From Cladosporium halotolerans (taxonomy: Eukaryota), in NCBI RefSeq assembly GCF_011745625.1, contig NW_027191452.1:930001-994000 (forward strand): a stretch of DNA of 64,000 nt, given 5' to 3'. Positions 50,586-62,489 of this stretch are shown here, one piece after another (within the stretch, counting starts at the first letter, position 1; the number at the start of each line of letters is the position of its first letter). The notes beneath the pieces were generated by a model, which did no database searches, was not told the DNA's origin, and saw nothing but the letters and a program-made list of their open reading frames with translations. The translations under genes and the position numbers were made by a program.

Positions 50586-52234
50586 TCAGCCTCCTCTTCG
50601 GCCCTTGACGAACCCAACCAAGTTCTCTATTACACCCTCGAGCGCCTCTTTCTCTTTGACACCCTCATCTCTTCGCATTAACCAGTACTCAAGCACACCG
50701 CTTGCGCGTCCATTCAATCCATCCAAAGTCCCGACGTGCTCTCGCAGCTCCGCGTCAAGCATGTTCGCCAGCGCCTCCACTGTTGTTGAGCACAACAGCG
50801 CGGCAGCATTAAGGTCAAACTCAGGTGGTGGCGGCGGACCTTTGAGTGTGGTCGGTCGTTTTTGCTTGGGCTTAGCTGCGCCTCTCGAATCGAGGGATGT
50901 GCTGCTATTGTTGGCTGATCCTTGCTTCAAACGCTCAACGGCGCTGCTGTGTCGGGGAGACGCGGTGGAGGAGAGATTGATATTGGGAAGGACGAGGCGT
51001 TTCTGCTTGGAAGGAGGCAGGATCTCATCCAAATCCACAGGTACTCCGAGCGAAACAAGAAAAAGGCGACGGATACGACTTCGGGTCCAATTCGGGGGGG
51101 CCATTGGTGGTGGTTGAAGGAGCTGCTGCCAGAGGGAAAGCGAGCGGTCTGAAAGGAAGGCAGCGCCGGTCACATCGGATGGGCGTGGCCCGTCAGGTGC
51201 TGATTTGGATTCGGGAAATATTGAGTCGAGATAAGGGCCAATTGATGAGTCAATGTCTGAGGCGGTAGCGAGATTCAGCGGGGACTGAAGTGAACGGGCA
51301 AGTTAGTATATGGATACACAAGATTGGGAATGAAGATCGCTTTGCACGCTACTTACAAGGCCAGCTAACAAATCGGGCTGCTGCGTTTGTGCTGGTGGTG
51401 CAGGCTCCGAGGCCATTGGGGTTTCATCGGCATCGTCAAAGTCACCGAAGTCATCGTCTGCCTCTTGCCCCTCTGCGAAATCGTCGAAGTCGTCACCAAA
51501 ATCGTCGTCATCTTCGTTAGTCTCGTCCTCCTCAATTGCTGCTGGCTCTGGCTCTGGCTCTGTTGTTTGCTGCTTCTCCGCTTCTCCGCCCTCCCACATA
51601 CTTCGAAACCAAGTTTGTTGCTCGTCATCGCTTAGGGGCTGGCTTTCTGTGTTGCTCTCTTCTCTGTAGGGCTCGTCAGTAATTGCCTTCTCTATCGCAC
51701 ACCGACCAACTCACCTACCCTCGCTCTGCGGAACCAACTTGATCTCGTCCGGTTCCGCGTCTGCCAAGCGCATTTCCCTCGCAGCTGTACCTTCGACCTC
51801 GCCATGCGCCGGGCGGTCGTCGACTCGCTCCACGACAGTGCGAGGAATGGGACTGCCGGCGCCGCTGTTTGTGCTAAGATTGCTAGCAGCCCTACTGCGG
51901 GTTGTGTTTGATCGCGAACGTTGACCGTCGGGAACGACCTCCATTTCATCGGGAACGGCGTCGAGCATGCGTTGCCGGTATGCCTCGGTACCAGGGACTT
52001 CGCCATGCGCGGGCCTGTCGTCCACACGCTCGACACGCATGATAGGGTTGGAGCTAGCACTTGTCGGACGCTGTTCGTCGCCTTCAGAGGCCGACGAGAA
52101 GTGGTCGTCGGAAGATTCTACCAAACGAGTGAGCACGGCATTCCATGAGCAGGTTGAGTGAGTGCCTTTGTACCTTCGAGCTCGCGCGCACCAGGGTCCT
52201 CGGGTTTCTGTGAGGGCGGTTGTAGGTCGGCCAT
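50586..52234 (-). CDS. LAA2/YBL010C-like (DUF5102) AP-1 clathrin-adaptor accessory protein
   Basis: Probably four exons. Acidic DDDFGDDFDDF / DDDFGDF motifs, a duplicated VERVDDRPAHGEV(P/E)GT motif, and core PPNWTRSRIRRLFLVSLGVPVDLDEILP. Confidence 0.75.
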
Positions 52235-52737
52235 GGTAATAGATAGGTTCCGGGTCGCAAGAGGACGGCTGGTGAAGTGTATGGTGGACAGAGGGAAAAG
52301 ACAGAGGAGGGGAGCGCCTAGGGAAGACGATGCGGGCTGTGCAGCTCAGCAATGCCCTGCGACGTTGGTCTGGCCCCATCTCCACCGCGTCGCTCACCGC
52401 GCCAGCCGACGTCAGTCTCGGGCGACGCTGAGCGCCTCAGGCCGCAAACGCTCAAGCTTTCACGTCGGAGCGCGCGCGTTCTCCAGTAGCAGCTGCAATG
52501 GGTGCAAGTTTCTAGTGAAAGACCGCAGCCTCCTGTCAACGCATCCCCATAACCACCCATTGCTCGTTACGGCGCGGACAGACTGCGATGGTCCGCTGAG
52601 CTCCTGACTGCACAAATCACTGCTCTTCGTGCACGCCGCTCCGCCGCGTTCCACCGCATCGACGCGCATTCCGTCGCATTGCATAGCACGGCATAGCATT
52701 CCCACGGCACGCCAGACGCGCCACACCCCCCATAATC

Positions 52738-55044
52738 ATGGCTTTCAACTTCGGCTCCACCACGCCCAGCTCCAGCGGCGCTGCTGGAGGATCGCTCTTT
52801 GGCACCGCAGGCTCAAGCAACAATCAACAACAGTCGAAGCCGCTGTTCGGCGGCGCGAGCACACCTTCAGGCAGCGGCGGCGGTGGTCTCTTCGGAGGCG
52901 GCAGCACTACACCAACGACGGGAGGCGGAGGCGGAGGTCTTTTTGGCAACGCCGCTTCGAGCGGAGGGCAACAGAACAGCTTGTTTGGCAGCGGCAGCGC
53001 CAGCGGTACCTCGACGCCCCAGCCTTCCGGAGGCGGCCTCTTCGGCGCGAAACCTCCAGCGCCCAGTGGAGGAGAGCAGAAGGGCCTATTCGGAAGCGGC
53101 GCATCTACCCCGAAGCCGGCGGGCGGGAGCCTTTTTGGAGGAGCAGCACCTGCAGCAAGCGGTGGGGAACAGAAGTCTGGCGGCGGCCTTTTTGGAAGCG
53201 CTGCTGCCGGTCAGAGCGGTACCAGCACTCCGCTTGGTGGTGGATTCAGCTTTGGGCAAAAGAAGGACGAAAGTCAACCTGCACAAACACCCGCTACTAC
53301 TGGTGCTTCATCTGGCTCGACGCTTTTTGGCGGCACCAGCGCTACATCGAACCCTCAACAAACATCGACGACGGGCACATCAGGAGGCAGCAGCCTTTTT
53401 GGCAACAACACATCTTCTAGCGGAGGCGGGATGTTTGGACAAAACAAGCCCCAGACCGCAAGTGCCGGCACCGGCAGCAGCTTGTTCGGTGGCTCACAGA
53501 CGCCCGCAAGCACCACTGGCTCATCTAACACTCTTTTCGGCCAAACTCCTGGAGCAACAGCTGGGCAGCCAAGCAAGCCACCTACAAGCAACCTGTTCGG
53601 CGGAGGAAGCAGCAACACCACTTCCACCCCGGCGGCAGCTCCTGCTGGAGGTCTTTTTGGTGCCAAAGATGCATCTAAGGAAGGCAGTGGCGCCAGCACG
53701 CCGCAGGCGACCAAGACAGCGGCTCCGAGTTTCACCCCAGCGGGCAACCCCCCGAGCGCCAGTCTTTTCGGAGGAGGAGCTGCCGCAGCGAAACCTACCT
53801 CAAACCTCTTCGGCCAAACATCCAAACCGGACGAGAACAAAGCTTCCGCTCCATCTTCTGGAGAATCGCAAGCCAAGCCTGCCACGCAATTTGGCTTTGG
53901 CAACCTAGGTGGAGGGGCCACTACTGGTGATGCATCAAAGTCCCTTTTCAGCGAGAAGAAGCCCGAAGCGAGCAAAGAAGCGCAGCCGTCCACTGAGAAG
54001 CCAGCGGAGGCCCCGAAGCCTGACCTTTTTGGAGGCGCGTTTGGCAAGAAGCCGGAGGGTACCCCGGCAAGCTCAGCCCCCGGTACGTCTGCTACTCCCA
54101 GCTTGTTTGGTGGGGCTGGTGCTACGTCTTCGTCTCAACCTACCACGACTACTGCCACTTCTGGCGCGACAACAGGCTCCACACTGTTTGGCGGCGGTGC
54201 AGCCAGCACTTCTAAGCCAGCTGATACATCCTCAAGCGAAAAGCCAGCTGCGACTTCCGGAACCACTGGCGGAGCATCTCTGTTTGGCGCTTCCACGGCT
54301 CAGCAACCTTCGCAAGCTTCACAGCCAACTCAGCCGGCCTCGCGTCTTGCAGGCAAATCCCTAGACGAGATTCTGACGGCGTGGTCCACCTCTCTCGCTA
54401 CTCACCAGTCTCGCTTTGCCAAGCTTGCAACTCAGGTGGGCACCTGGGACCGTGAACTCACGAACAACAGCACATCCATTTCCAAACTGTATTCCCGCTG
54501 CTTCCAAGCGGAGCGGGACGTTGCTGAAGTGGAGCGCCAGCTCTCGACAGTCGAGCAGGGCCAACGGGAGCTCGAGGCTCGTCTTGACAAATACGAGGCT
54601 GATGTCGATGGCCTCCTCGAGCAAGCTGGACTCAGCGACGCTGGCGGTGTTGACCGCGAGCGCGAGACCACCTACAAGGCTGCCGAGGCCTGCTCCGACC
54701 GCTTGATGGAAATGAACCAGAGCCTGACGGCTATGATCGAAGGGATCAACGACGCTTCGGCTAAGCTCTCTTCTTCGTCTGCGTCGAGCGGCAAGGCTTC
54801 GAAAGAATCGGGCGAGGACCCGCTCAGCCAGATCGTGCGCGTGCTTAATTCTCATCTGGCGCAATTGCAAGTGATCGACTCTGGTGCGGCGGATCTGAGC
54901 AAGCGCGTCGAGGCGGCGCAAGTCGATGCCGGTGTTGCGGGTAACCGGCTTGGTGCTAGTATGAGAGGCTCGATGATGGGTGGAAACGGCAATGGCGGGG
55001 GCGAGGTCGCGGAAGGATTCAAGAGAAGCTTCTTCAGGAGCTAA
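52738..55044 (+). CDS. NSP1: FG-nucleoporin Nsp1/Nup62
   Basis: Long LFG/FG-repeat N-terminus, then coiled coil (SLDEILTAWS..QVGTWDREL..DPLSQIVRVLNSHLAQLQ). Confidence 0.93.
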   Translation: MAFNFGSTTPSSSGAAGGSLFGTAGSSNNQQQSKPLFGGASTPSGSGGGGLFGGGSTTPTTGGGGGGLFGNAASSGGQQNSLFGSGSASGTSTPQPSGGGLFGAKPPAPSGGEQKGLFGSGASTPKPAGGSLFGGAAPAASGGEQKSGGGLFGSAAAGQSGTSTPLGGGFSFGQKKDESQPAQTPATTGASSGSTLFGGTSATSNPQQTSTTGTSGGSSLFGNNTSSSGGGMFGQNKPQTASAGTGSSLFGGSQTPASTTGSSNTLFGQTPGATAGQPSKPPTSNLFGGGSSNTTSTPAAAPAGGLFGAKDASKEGSGASTPQATKTAAPSFTPAGNPPSASLFGGGAAAAKPTSNLFGQTSKPDENKASAPSSGESQAKPATQFGFGNLGGGATTGDASKSLFSEKKPEASKEAQPSTEKPAEAPKPDLFGGAFGKKPEGTPASSAPGTSATPSLFGGAGATSSSQPTTTTATSGATTGSTLFGGGAASTSKPADTSSSEKPAATSGTTGGASLFGASTAQQPSQASQPTQPASRLAGKSLDEILTAWSTSLATHQSRFAKLATQVGTWDRELTNNSTSISKLYSRCFQAERDVAEVERQLSTVEQGQRELEARLDKYEADVDGLLEQAGLSDAGGVDRERETTYKAAEACSDRLMEMNQSLTAMIEGINDASAKLSSSSASSGKASKESGEDPLSQIVRVLNSHLAQLQVIDSGAADLSKRVEAAQVDAGVAGNRLGASMRGSMMGGNGNGGGEVAEGFKRSFFRS

Positions 55045-55603
55045 ACAAACCCTTGCTACCGATAGCGATTGATACATGGAAAACTGATTGTACGATGCAG
55101 AGTTGGAGAAAAAAATGATGTCCGGGGCAACGGCGCGTCAACCCTGGAGTTTGTACTTGAACTACACTAGCATGAATATCTTTTCTTCGGTTCACTCTCC
55201 TACATGTCATTCGTATCTGTGGATCGTTCATTTTCGTTCAGCCTTAAGCAAGCATTAGGGTGTTTGGTTTCATTGTGGCAGGGCGAGACTGACAGGTCTC
55301 ATCCATTTCCATATCCACATTCCTATAGCTAAAAGGCTACACGACTCGTAAGAGAACGCCTGATGGCATAGATGCATCCTGAACCAGTACCGACGTCGAC
55401 TAGCATCTAATCCGGCCTGATACTCCTTAGAAACCGGGCACCACCATTAGCACCCTTGTTCCCCTCGGCCTTTCATCTCCCGAGGGCATAATCGCAATAG
55501 AGTAACGAAAACCGCAACCATCGGCAAAAGAGAACGCCTATCAAACACCGTCCGGGTTTATCGTCTCCAAAATCAAAAGCAACGGCCGCCTTCCGTCATC
55601 TTC

Positions 55604-57247
55604 TCAGTCGCTACCCCCAGAGCTCTGCTTCGTGGGTAGTCCAGGCGGCACGCCGAACCCGGCACTACCCTGCGTGCCCACGGGACTCTCACCAGCGCCG
55701 ACATCAACACCCGATCGTTTCTTCTCTTTCTTTGCCCACCTCAAGCCACAGGCGTTGCACAAGGTCTTCGGGCCCTTCGGGCCTTTCCGCCATTCGGGCG
55801 AGTCCAGCGTGCCGCAATCGGCGCACACGTACTCGTCGGCGACCTTGGTCTTCTTTTTCTCTTTCTTGCTGCTGTCGCGTTCTCGGTCACGGTCAAGCAG
55901 GATCGCAATGCCGGCATCGCCGCGGATGAGAGCGGGCGAAGTGTCTCCAGTAGAGATGCCGTGGCTGCGTTCGCCGTCCCGATACCGCAGTCCGGTTAGG
56001 AGCTCGATTGATTCGAGGTGCGTAGAATTTGACTCATATCGAGACATTTTGTCGGCGATGGAATCGCTTTTCTGGCCACTGAGCGCTTGGCTGAGGTTCT
56101 GTCGAGTGAGGGCGGTATTCGATATCGTCGGCTTCGCGGGCGGCGGCATGCCTTGGTAGTTCGGACTGGGTTCTTTGCGGGAACCCTCGGGTGTCTGTTC
56201 GGGGCTCGTTTTCTGAGCTTTGTTCATCTGCTCTGAAGGCGTGGCTGCTGTGGTTGAGAGCTGATCGCGGTAAATGCGCTCTTGCTCGGCCGTCTCATCG
56301 CGCTCCTCACGTTTGAGCTCGTCGATCCGTTTCATCAACCGCTCGTTCTCAATCTTGTGTTCGAGAAAGGAGTCCAACAAAGCCGCGTTCTTGGTGGGGT
56401 ATGGTCTTGCCATCATGAAGAAACCCCTACAGACTCCAGCTATGTGCGCTTGTTCAGGTGGACCTTGCTCCAGCATTTGCGCTTGTTGGGTGCCGGGCTC
56501 GGGGGGACTGATATGTGGGTGACCGTGGCATTCAAATATCAGGTACGTGCCATCGTCTTTCTTGAATCGGTAGAAGAAGCGCAGCACGTTGCCGCTCGCG
56601 ATACTTTCGTTGAACTCGCGCATGAAGATCCCCGTGTCGTCAGGATGTACATACTCGCCGATGAACTTGCCAATAAGATGTCGCGGCTCGTATCCTGTTA
56701 TCGCTTGGCAGGACGGGGAGACATACAGTATGCGGCCGTCTGGTGTAAGGATATGCAGAAAATCTCGTAGCTCTTCAATGACCCGTTGCGACCAGTTCCT
56801 TCTCTTTGTAAACTCCGTGAGTGTGGTGTGAGACGGCTGATGCATCCCATGTGTTGTTGGCAGAGGTCCCGCGCCCGCACCCGACATTGTCGCTTCACTC
56901 TGGTCTTGGAGCTGCTGCTGGCCTTGCTGGCTCTGCTCATTTTCCAGCATTCCGAACGGTATGTTTCCAGCTCCCGCGGCCATGCTCTGCAATCGTGAAT
57001 CCAATTGTTGCGTGCCCATTCCATTCTCAATAGAAGGCGCAGCAGAAGCCTTGAAATTTGACGGATCTCCGACAGCGCCGCTCAGGTCCACGTCCAGATC
57101 CATGGGCAGCGACATGTCCAGGTCCAGGTTGCCTCCCATCAAGTCGGTCGGGTCTAAGAGCGGCATTTCGGACGCAGGACCGGACAACGGGACCTGCCCC
57201 AGGCCGCTGCCCTGCTGAGAGGCGCCCAGAGGATTGTACATGGACAT
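55604..57247 (-). CDS. wc-2: White collar-2 blue-light regulator (PAS + GATA zinc finger)
   Basis: [12 protein letters not shown], a PAS domain (ILYVSPS..YVHPDD), [21 protein letters not shown], and [26 protein letters not shown]. Confidence 0.96.
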   Translation of the reverse strand: MSMYNPLGASQQGSGLGQVPLSGPASEMPLLDPTDLMGGNLDLDMSLPMDLDVDLSGAVGDPSNFKASAAPSIENGMGTQQLDSRLQSMAAGAGNIPFGMLENEQSQQGQQQLQDQSEATMSGAGAGPLPTTHGMHQPSHTTLTEFTKRRNWSQRVIEELRDFLHILTPDGRILYVSPSCQAITGYEPRHLIGKFIGEYVHPDDTGIFMREFNESIASGNVLRFFYRFKKDDGTYLIFECHGHPHISPPEPGTQQAQMLEQGPPEQAHIAGVCRGFFMMARPYPTKNAALLDSFLEHKIENERLMKRIDELKREERDETAEQERIYRDQLSTTAATPSEQMNKAQKTSPEQTPEGSRKEPSPNYQGMPPPAKPTISNTALTRQNLSQALSGQKSDSIADKMSRYESNSTHLESIELLTGLRYRDGERSHGISTGDTSPALIRGDAGIAILLDRDRERDSSKKEKKKTKVADEYVCADCGTLDSPEWRKGPKGPKTLCNACGLRWAKKEKKRSGVDVGAGESPVGTQGSAGFGVPPGLPTKQSSGGSD

Positions 57248-57954
57248 GGCGGTCGCGCTGGCGCGGTCAGCTTCCCCGACGCGGTCAGTTTACGGCGCGC
57301 AGGGGTCGCATCGACGATGCGACTCGCGATCAAGAGGGAGGCTTTGCGGAGCACGCGACGCGGCGTCTGCGGGTCGGCACCGGGCGGGCAGGAGATGACA
57401 GTCGGCGCAAATGCAGGAGTTTTCTGGTTCCGGCGTGTGGGCTTCAGCAGCAGGGACGTGAGTGTGTCTGAGCCGAGAAATGTGATACGCGGTACGAGAC
57501 CGAATTTGCGAGAATGGGGAAAGTGAAGTCGCATGGCAATCCGCACGCCGCTGACCGTCTTCTCCCACCACCCTCCCCAGACTCGACTTGCGCCTGCGCG
57601 CCACTGGTGACGCACAGCCTTAGCGCCTCAGCCTGGGACCGAGCGTGGTGAATTGCGCTCACGTGATCGCGCGCCTGCATAAGGCCCCTGCTGCGCGACT
57701 GCCTACGCCGGACGCGACCGTTTGGTACTTCACTTGCGCCACCAGCTCCTAACAAAGCAAAAGTCTCCGGCTGCTCTGCCAGCTTTCTTGCTCACACACG
57801 AGCGTGCAAGGCTTTCAGTATGAGCTCCGCGCAGCACCAGTAAATACAAATCTCTGCACCGCCCTGCTTCCCGTCCAAAACCCATCTCCTCTTCTGCGCC
57901 CACGGGCATCCATCGCCTGCTTCCACAGCCAGACCCTCTTGCCGGTCGCCCACC

Positions 57955-60900
57955 ATGTCTCGCATAGACAAACTGTCCATCCTGGGCGTTCGCTCCTTCG
58001 ACAACACCCGGTCCGAAACCATGCAATTCACGCCGCCACTCACGCTCATCGTTGGCACGAACGGGTCCGGCAAAACCACCATTATCGAATGTCTCAAGTA
58101 CGCGACAACCGGAGAGCTGCCACCAAACGGTAAGCTGGGAGGCGCCTTCATCCACGACCCCAACCTCGCCCAGGACAAGGAAGTCATGGCGCAGGTGAAG
58201 GTCAGCTTCAGGAATACCGAGGGCAACCGAATGATCTGCACCCGGAATCTCCAGCTCACCGTGAAAAAGAATGCACGTAGCATGAAAGCTCTAGAATCTA
58301 ACATCAACGTCTGGAAGAACGGTGAGAAGAGGTCGATCTCCTCTAGGGTGGCGGAGGTCAACGAGGTCCTACCGAAGTACCTCGGAACCAGCAAAGCCGT
58401 GCTTGACTATGTGATCTTTTGCCATCAGGACGAGTCCCTCTGGCCTCTCTCTACTCCGAAGGACCTGAAGGAGCGTTTCGACAAGATTTTCGAGGCCCAG
58501 AAATATTCTCAGGCCATCGACAACATCAAAGTCATGCGCAAAGGGCAGAATGAAAAGCTGATCGGCTACAAGAAAGACTATGAGCACAGCAAATCCGACA
58601 AGCAAAAGGCTGAGAAGTCCGAGAAACGCAGTATGGATCTATCTCAGGAAATCGAGGAGCATCGGGCCAGGAGCGAGGAACTCGGCGACCAGATCCGTGC
58701 CGCGACTGAGAAAGCCGAGCATGCTTGGAGTCTGGTTGAAGAAGCTGGAGTCATTGTTGGAAAGCTTACTGGCAAGCGCATCGAAGAAAAGACCAAGGAA
58801 GAGAGTGTGCAGTCCTTGAGAATGAATCTGTCTGAGATGTCGGAGAGTGACGAAGAGCTACGGCAAATGCTTGACGATTATGAAGGGCGTGTGGATACCC
58901 TCAAACGCGATCTCGCGTCGAGCACGGGTCGCTACGGAGACCTGAACAGAGATATCAACGAGGTCAGGAGCAAAGTCGTGACGAAGGAACGCGAGTATGG
59001 CTCCTATGAAGCGCAACATCAGAGCTACGAGCGTCAACTGGTGAATCGTGAAACCCTGGTCAAGGAAACTGCACGACGCCACAATATCCGCGGTTACGAT
59101 CTTGAGGTCAATGATGACCAAGCCAGGGCCTTCATGGATCGCATCGCTAAAATGGCTCGCGATCAAAATGCTGCTTTCGAGCGCGCTCGCCGTGAGACCG
59201 CCGAGGAGCTCCAAAACGCTCAGAAAGTCATTACCAATCTCAATGAGAAGAAGTCAGCTCTGAACTCGCGCAAAGAAAGTGCCAAGCAGACCATTGCTTC
59301 CAACGACCAAAAGATCGGCTCTTTACAAGATAAACTGGATCAAATCAGCGTCGATGAGGGTGGCAAGGCGGCCATTGAATCATCCTTGCGGGATGTTGAA
59401 GGACGTCTGGGATCGAACAAAACTACTTTCGAGAACGCCGCATGGGACCAGCAGATCCAGGCTGCTGACACGAAGCTTCGCGATCTTGACGAACAGAAGG
59501 AGAAGCTGGACACGGAGCTTGTCCAAGGCACACGCCAGGCCGGCGACTCTGCTCGGCTGGACTTCGTGCAGAAGGAGCTCAAAGAACGCCAACAGAGCTT
59601 GAAGACAATGTCAGGAGCGCATGGCGACAAGATCGTTTCTGTTCTTGGCGGGGGATGGCAACCATCTTCCGTAGAGACTGCTTTCCTGCGTGCCGTGGAA
59701 GAGAGGCAAAGCAGCGTGGTCGAAGCGGAAAACCAGCGCGACGGTACAGGGCGAGAGCTGGAGCAGCTCGATTTCAAAATCAACAACCTTCGGTCAGATC
59801 TCAAGAACAAGCGCCTCGAAGTACAAGCCGCGGCCAAGGCAATCAGAGATGCTTTAGAATGCGAGCCAAAAGATTACAACGATGAGCTCAGCGAGATCGA
59901 ACGCAGTTACAGCATTTCCAAGACCGACGCAGACTCTGCGAAGCTCATCCGTCAGTATTTTGAACAGTGTCTGAAAGTTGCGAATGAGCACAAGGCTTGC
60001 AACACGTGCAAAAGAGGGTTCAAGAGCGACAGGGAGGCTGACAACATGCGTACTGCTGTTCAGAGGCAACTCAGTCACGTGGAAGATGTTGACACCAAGC
60101 AACTGGAAGAGCTGGAGGAGCAGTTGAAGGCTGCCAGGGCTGTCGGATCCGACTTCGATACTTGGGAAAGGCTCACGCAAAAGGACATCCCAACGATGGA
60201 GGCTGAGGAGAGGAAGCTGACAGACAAGAGAGAAAAGTTGAACATGCAACTGGAACACCAAGATGGTGAGGTCGATGATCGTAAAGCTGCGAAGCGTGAC
60301 GTCGATGCCATGGCTCGCACCGTGCAGAACATCGCGAAGTACAGCAACGAAATCGGAGCCTTTGAGGGCCAGATTGAGGAGCTGCTTGCTAAGCAGAAGG
60401 CTTCTGGAGGATCCCGCGGTCTGGAAGCCGTTCAAGATGACATCAGGAAGGTCAATGAAGAAGCGAGGAACGCGAAAGCCCATCTCGCTAAACTCACCAC
60501 CGAAAAAGACCGCACGAAGAGCCTAATCAACGCCTTGGAACTCGAAGTCCGGGACATCAAGGGCAGGTTGAGCACTGCAGACTACCAATTGAAGGAAAAG
60601 CTTTCGCTCGAGGGCCACATTGAAGAGCTCAAAGGTGCCAACAACGCCCAGCGTGAAGCTATGCGTGCAGTTGATGAAGATGTTCAAGCCCTTGGGCCAC
60701 AGCTTTCCCAGGCACAAGCCAAGTACGACGATATTTCAACTCGCGGCGCAGACAAGGACCGCGAGTTGCAGGCAGAGACGAGCAAGCTCAATACTAGTCT
60801 CAACCAGCTCAAGATGGCGAGCCAGGAGATCGAGTCGTATATCGAGCGCGGAGGTGAGAACCAGATGAAACGCGCCCAGCGTGAGATTGATGGTTTAAAG

Positions 60901-61860
60901 GCCGAAGTCGATCGTCTCGAACAGGACCAGCATGTTGTCGTCCGCGAAGTGAAGCGTCTTGAAGGAGCATTGCGCAACGTAGATGAAACCAAACGGGCAG
61001 TTTCAGACAACCAGCGCTACCGACGTGATCTTCGGGGGTTGAATACAGTCCGCGCCGAAATTGAGGAGCTCGAGCGTACGAATGCGGAAGCTGACAAGCT
61101 TCGTAACGAACGCGAAGGTGCACGATGGCAGTTGGAGCGCAACAAGCTTGCCGGTGAACAGGCTACCATCGTTGGTGAGATGAAGTCGAAGGATGTGCAG
61201 CTGCAGCAACTGCTGGCCGATTATGACATTGAATACAAGAATGCTGCGCACCAGTATCGGCTCGCGCACGTTCAAGTCGAGACGACAAAGGCCTGCATTG
61301 AGGACCTGGGACGCTACATTGGCGCCCTCGACAAAGCTGTCATGAAGTATCACACATTGAAGATGGAAGAGATCAACCGCATCATCGACGAGCTCTGGCG
61401 AAAGACCTACCAGGGAACCGATGTCGACACTATCCTCATCAAGTCCGAGAGCGAAAACGCGAGAGCCAACAAGAGCTACAATTATCGTGTGTGCATGATC
61501 AAGTCCGATGCCGAAATGGACATGCGCGGACGCTGTTCCGCCGGTCAAAGGGTATTGGCTTCAATTATTATTCGCCTTGCTTTGGCCGAGTGCTTCGGTG
61601 TCAACTGCGGGCTGATCGCGCTGGATGAGCCGACGACCAACCTCGACCGCGACAACATTCGTGCTCTGGCTGAAAGCTTGTCTGAGATCATCCGTGTGCG
61701 TCGTGCGCAGAAGAACTTCCAATTGATCGTCATCACGCACGACGAGGATTTCCTGCGCGCTATGCAGTGTGGAGACTACGCCGACAACTACTGGAGAGTC
61801 TCGAGGAACGAAAGGCAGAAAAGCCAAATCGAGAGGCAGAGTATTGCGGAGGTCTTGTAA
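57955..61860 (+). CDS. RAD50: DNA repair protein Rad50 (single exon)
   Basis: Walker A GTNGSGKT, FCHQDES, zinc hook CNTC, signature RGRCSAGQ, Walker B ALDEPTTNLD, ITHD. Confidence 0.98.
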   Translation: MSRIDKLSILGVRSFDNTRSETMQFTPPLTLIVGTNGSGKTTIIECLKYATTGELPPNGKLGGAFIHDPNLAQDKEVMAQVKVSFRNTEGNRMICTRNLQLTVKKNARSMKALESNINVWKNGEKRSISSRVAEVNEVLPKYLGTSKAVLDYVIFCHQDESLWPLSTPKDLKERFDKIFEAQKYSQAIDNIKVMRKGQNEKLIGYKKDYEHSKSDKQKAEKSEKRSMDLSQEIEEHRARSEELGDQIRAATEKAEHAWSLVEEAGVIVGKLTGKRIEEKTKEESVQSLRMNLSEMSESDEELRQMLDDYEGRVDTLKRDLASSTGRYGDLNRDINEVRSKVVTKEREYGSYEAQHQSYERQLVNRETLVKETARRHNIRGYDLEVNDDQARAFMDRIAKMARDQNAAFERARRETAEELQNAQKVITNLNEKKSALNSRKESAKQTIASNDQKIGSLQDKLDQISVDEGGKAAIESSLRDVEGRLGSNKTTFENAAWDQQIQAADTKLRDLDEQKEKLDTELVQGTRQAGDSARLDFVQKELKERQQSLKTMSGAHGDKIVSVLGGGWQPSSVETAFLRAVEERQSSVVEAENQRDGTGRELEQLDFKINNLRSDLKNKRLEVQAAAKAIRDALECEPKDYNDELSEIERSYSISKTDADSAKLIRQYFEQCLKVANEHKACNTCKRGFKSDREADNMRTAVQRQLSHVEDVDTKQLEELEEQLKAARAVGSDFDTWERLTQKDIPTMEAEERKLTDKREKLNMQLEHQDGEVDDRKAAKRDVDAMARTVQNIAKYSNEIGAFEGQIEELLAKQKASGGSRGLEAVQDDIRKVNEEARNAKAHLAKLTTEKDRTKSLINALELEVRDIKGRLSTADYQLKEKLSLEGHIEELKGANNAQREAMRAVDEDVQALGPQLSQAQAKYDDISTRGADKDRELQAETSKLNTSLNQLKMASQEIESYIERGGENQMKRAQREIDGLKAEVDRLEQDQHVVVREVKRLEGALRNVDETKRAVSDNQRYRRDLRGLNTVRAEIEELERTNAEADKLRNEREGARWQLERNKLAGEQATIVGEMKSKDVQLQQLLADYDIEYKNAAHQYRLAHVQVETTKACIEDLGRYIGALDKAVMKYHTLKMEEINRIIDELWRKTYQGTDVDTILIKSESENARANKSYNYRVCMIKSDAEMDMRGRCSAGQRVLASIIIRLALAECFGVNCGLIALDEPTTNLDRDNIRALAESLSEIIRVRRAQKNFQLIVITHDEDFLRAMQCGDYADNYWRVSRNERQKSQIERQSIAEVL

Positions 61861-62180
61861 GAACGCGGTGACCGGTTGGTCGTTTCAGCGATCGCCTTAT
61901 CAGATTCCATTCAGCAAGTGTCACAATTGACTTTGCTTTAAATTGGTGGCGTAGCTTTAGCTAGGGAGTACACTTCTAATTCCCACAAAGAGGAGACACA
62001 AAATCCAACAGCTCCTCAGGAGAGCTTTCCCATGGCACACTATTTGATGCTCATCAGAGATCATGCATCCTACAAATTTCTAGGCCAACGATTAATCTGT
62101 GCTGCCAAGCAGTGATCCGCTTTCCTGATTGTACGTTGTCAGCACCGGCATACAAATATTGCTTCCTATTCTCAACATAT

Positions 62181-62204
62181 GGCGATCAATTAAAATTGAT
62201 CGCC
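62181..62204. repeat. Perfect 11-bp inverted repeat
   Basis: GGCGATCAATT-AA-AATTGATCGCC. Confidence 0.85.
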
Positions 62205-62489
62205 CGCGCCGTTACGTCCACGTGGTGATAAGGCGCCCCAATAAGCACAGACTCAGCGAACTCGAATCCTTATTCGAACGCCATTATCTCGAATGGTGCC
62301 TGGAGGCTGGCGGCTGGCTTCGCGACTGCTTTTTGTTATCCTGAGGAACGCGCTGGAGAAGGCAATATTGCCGCGCGGCGTGGCGCTCCAACAGAGACGA
62401 GGCTGCGATTGTGCAGAAAAGCTTATTGCAGCCGCCAGATGCCCAGCAATCTGTGCGCCCGGTGGACTGCTTGAGACCGCGTCGATCGG

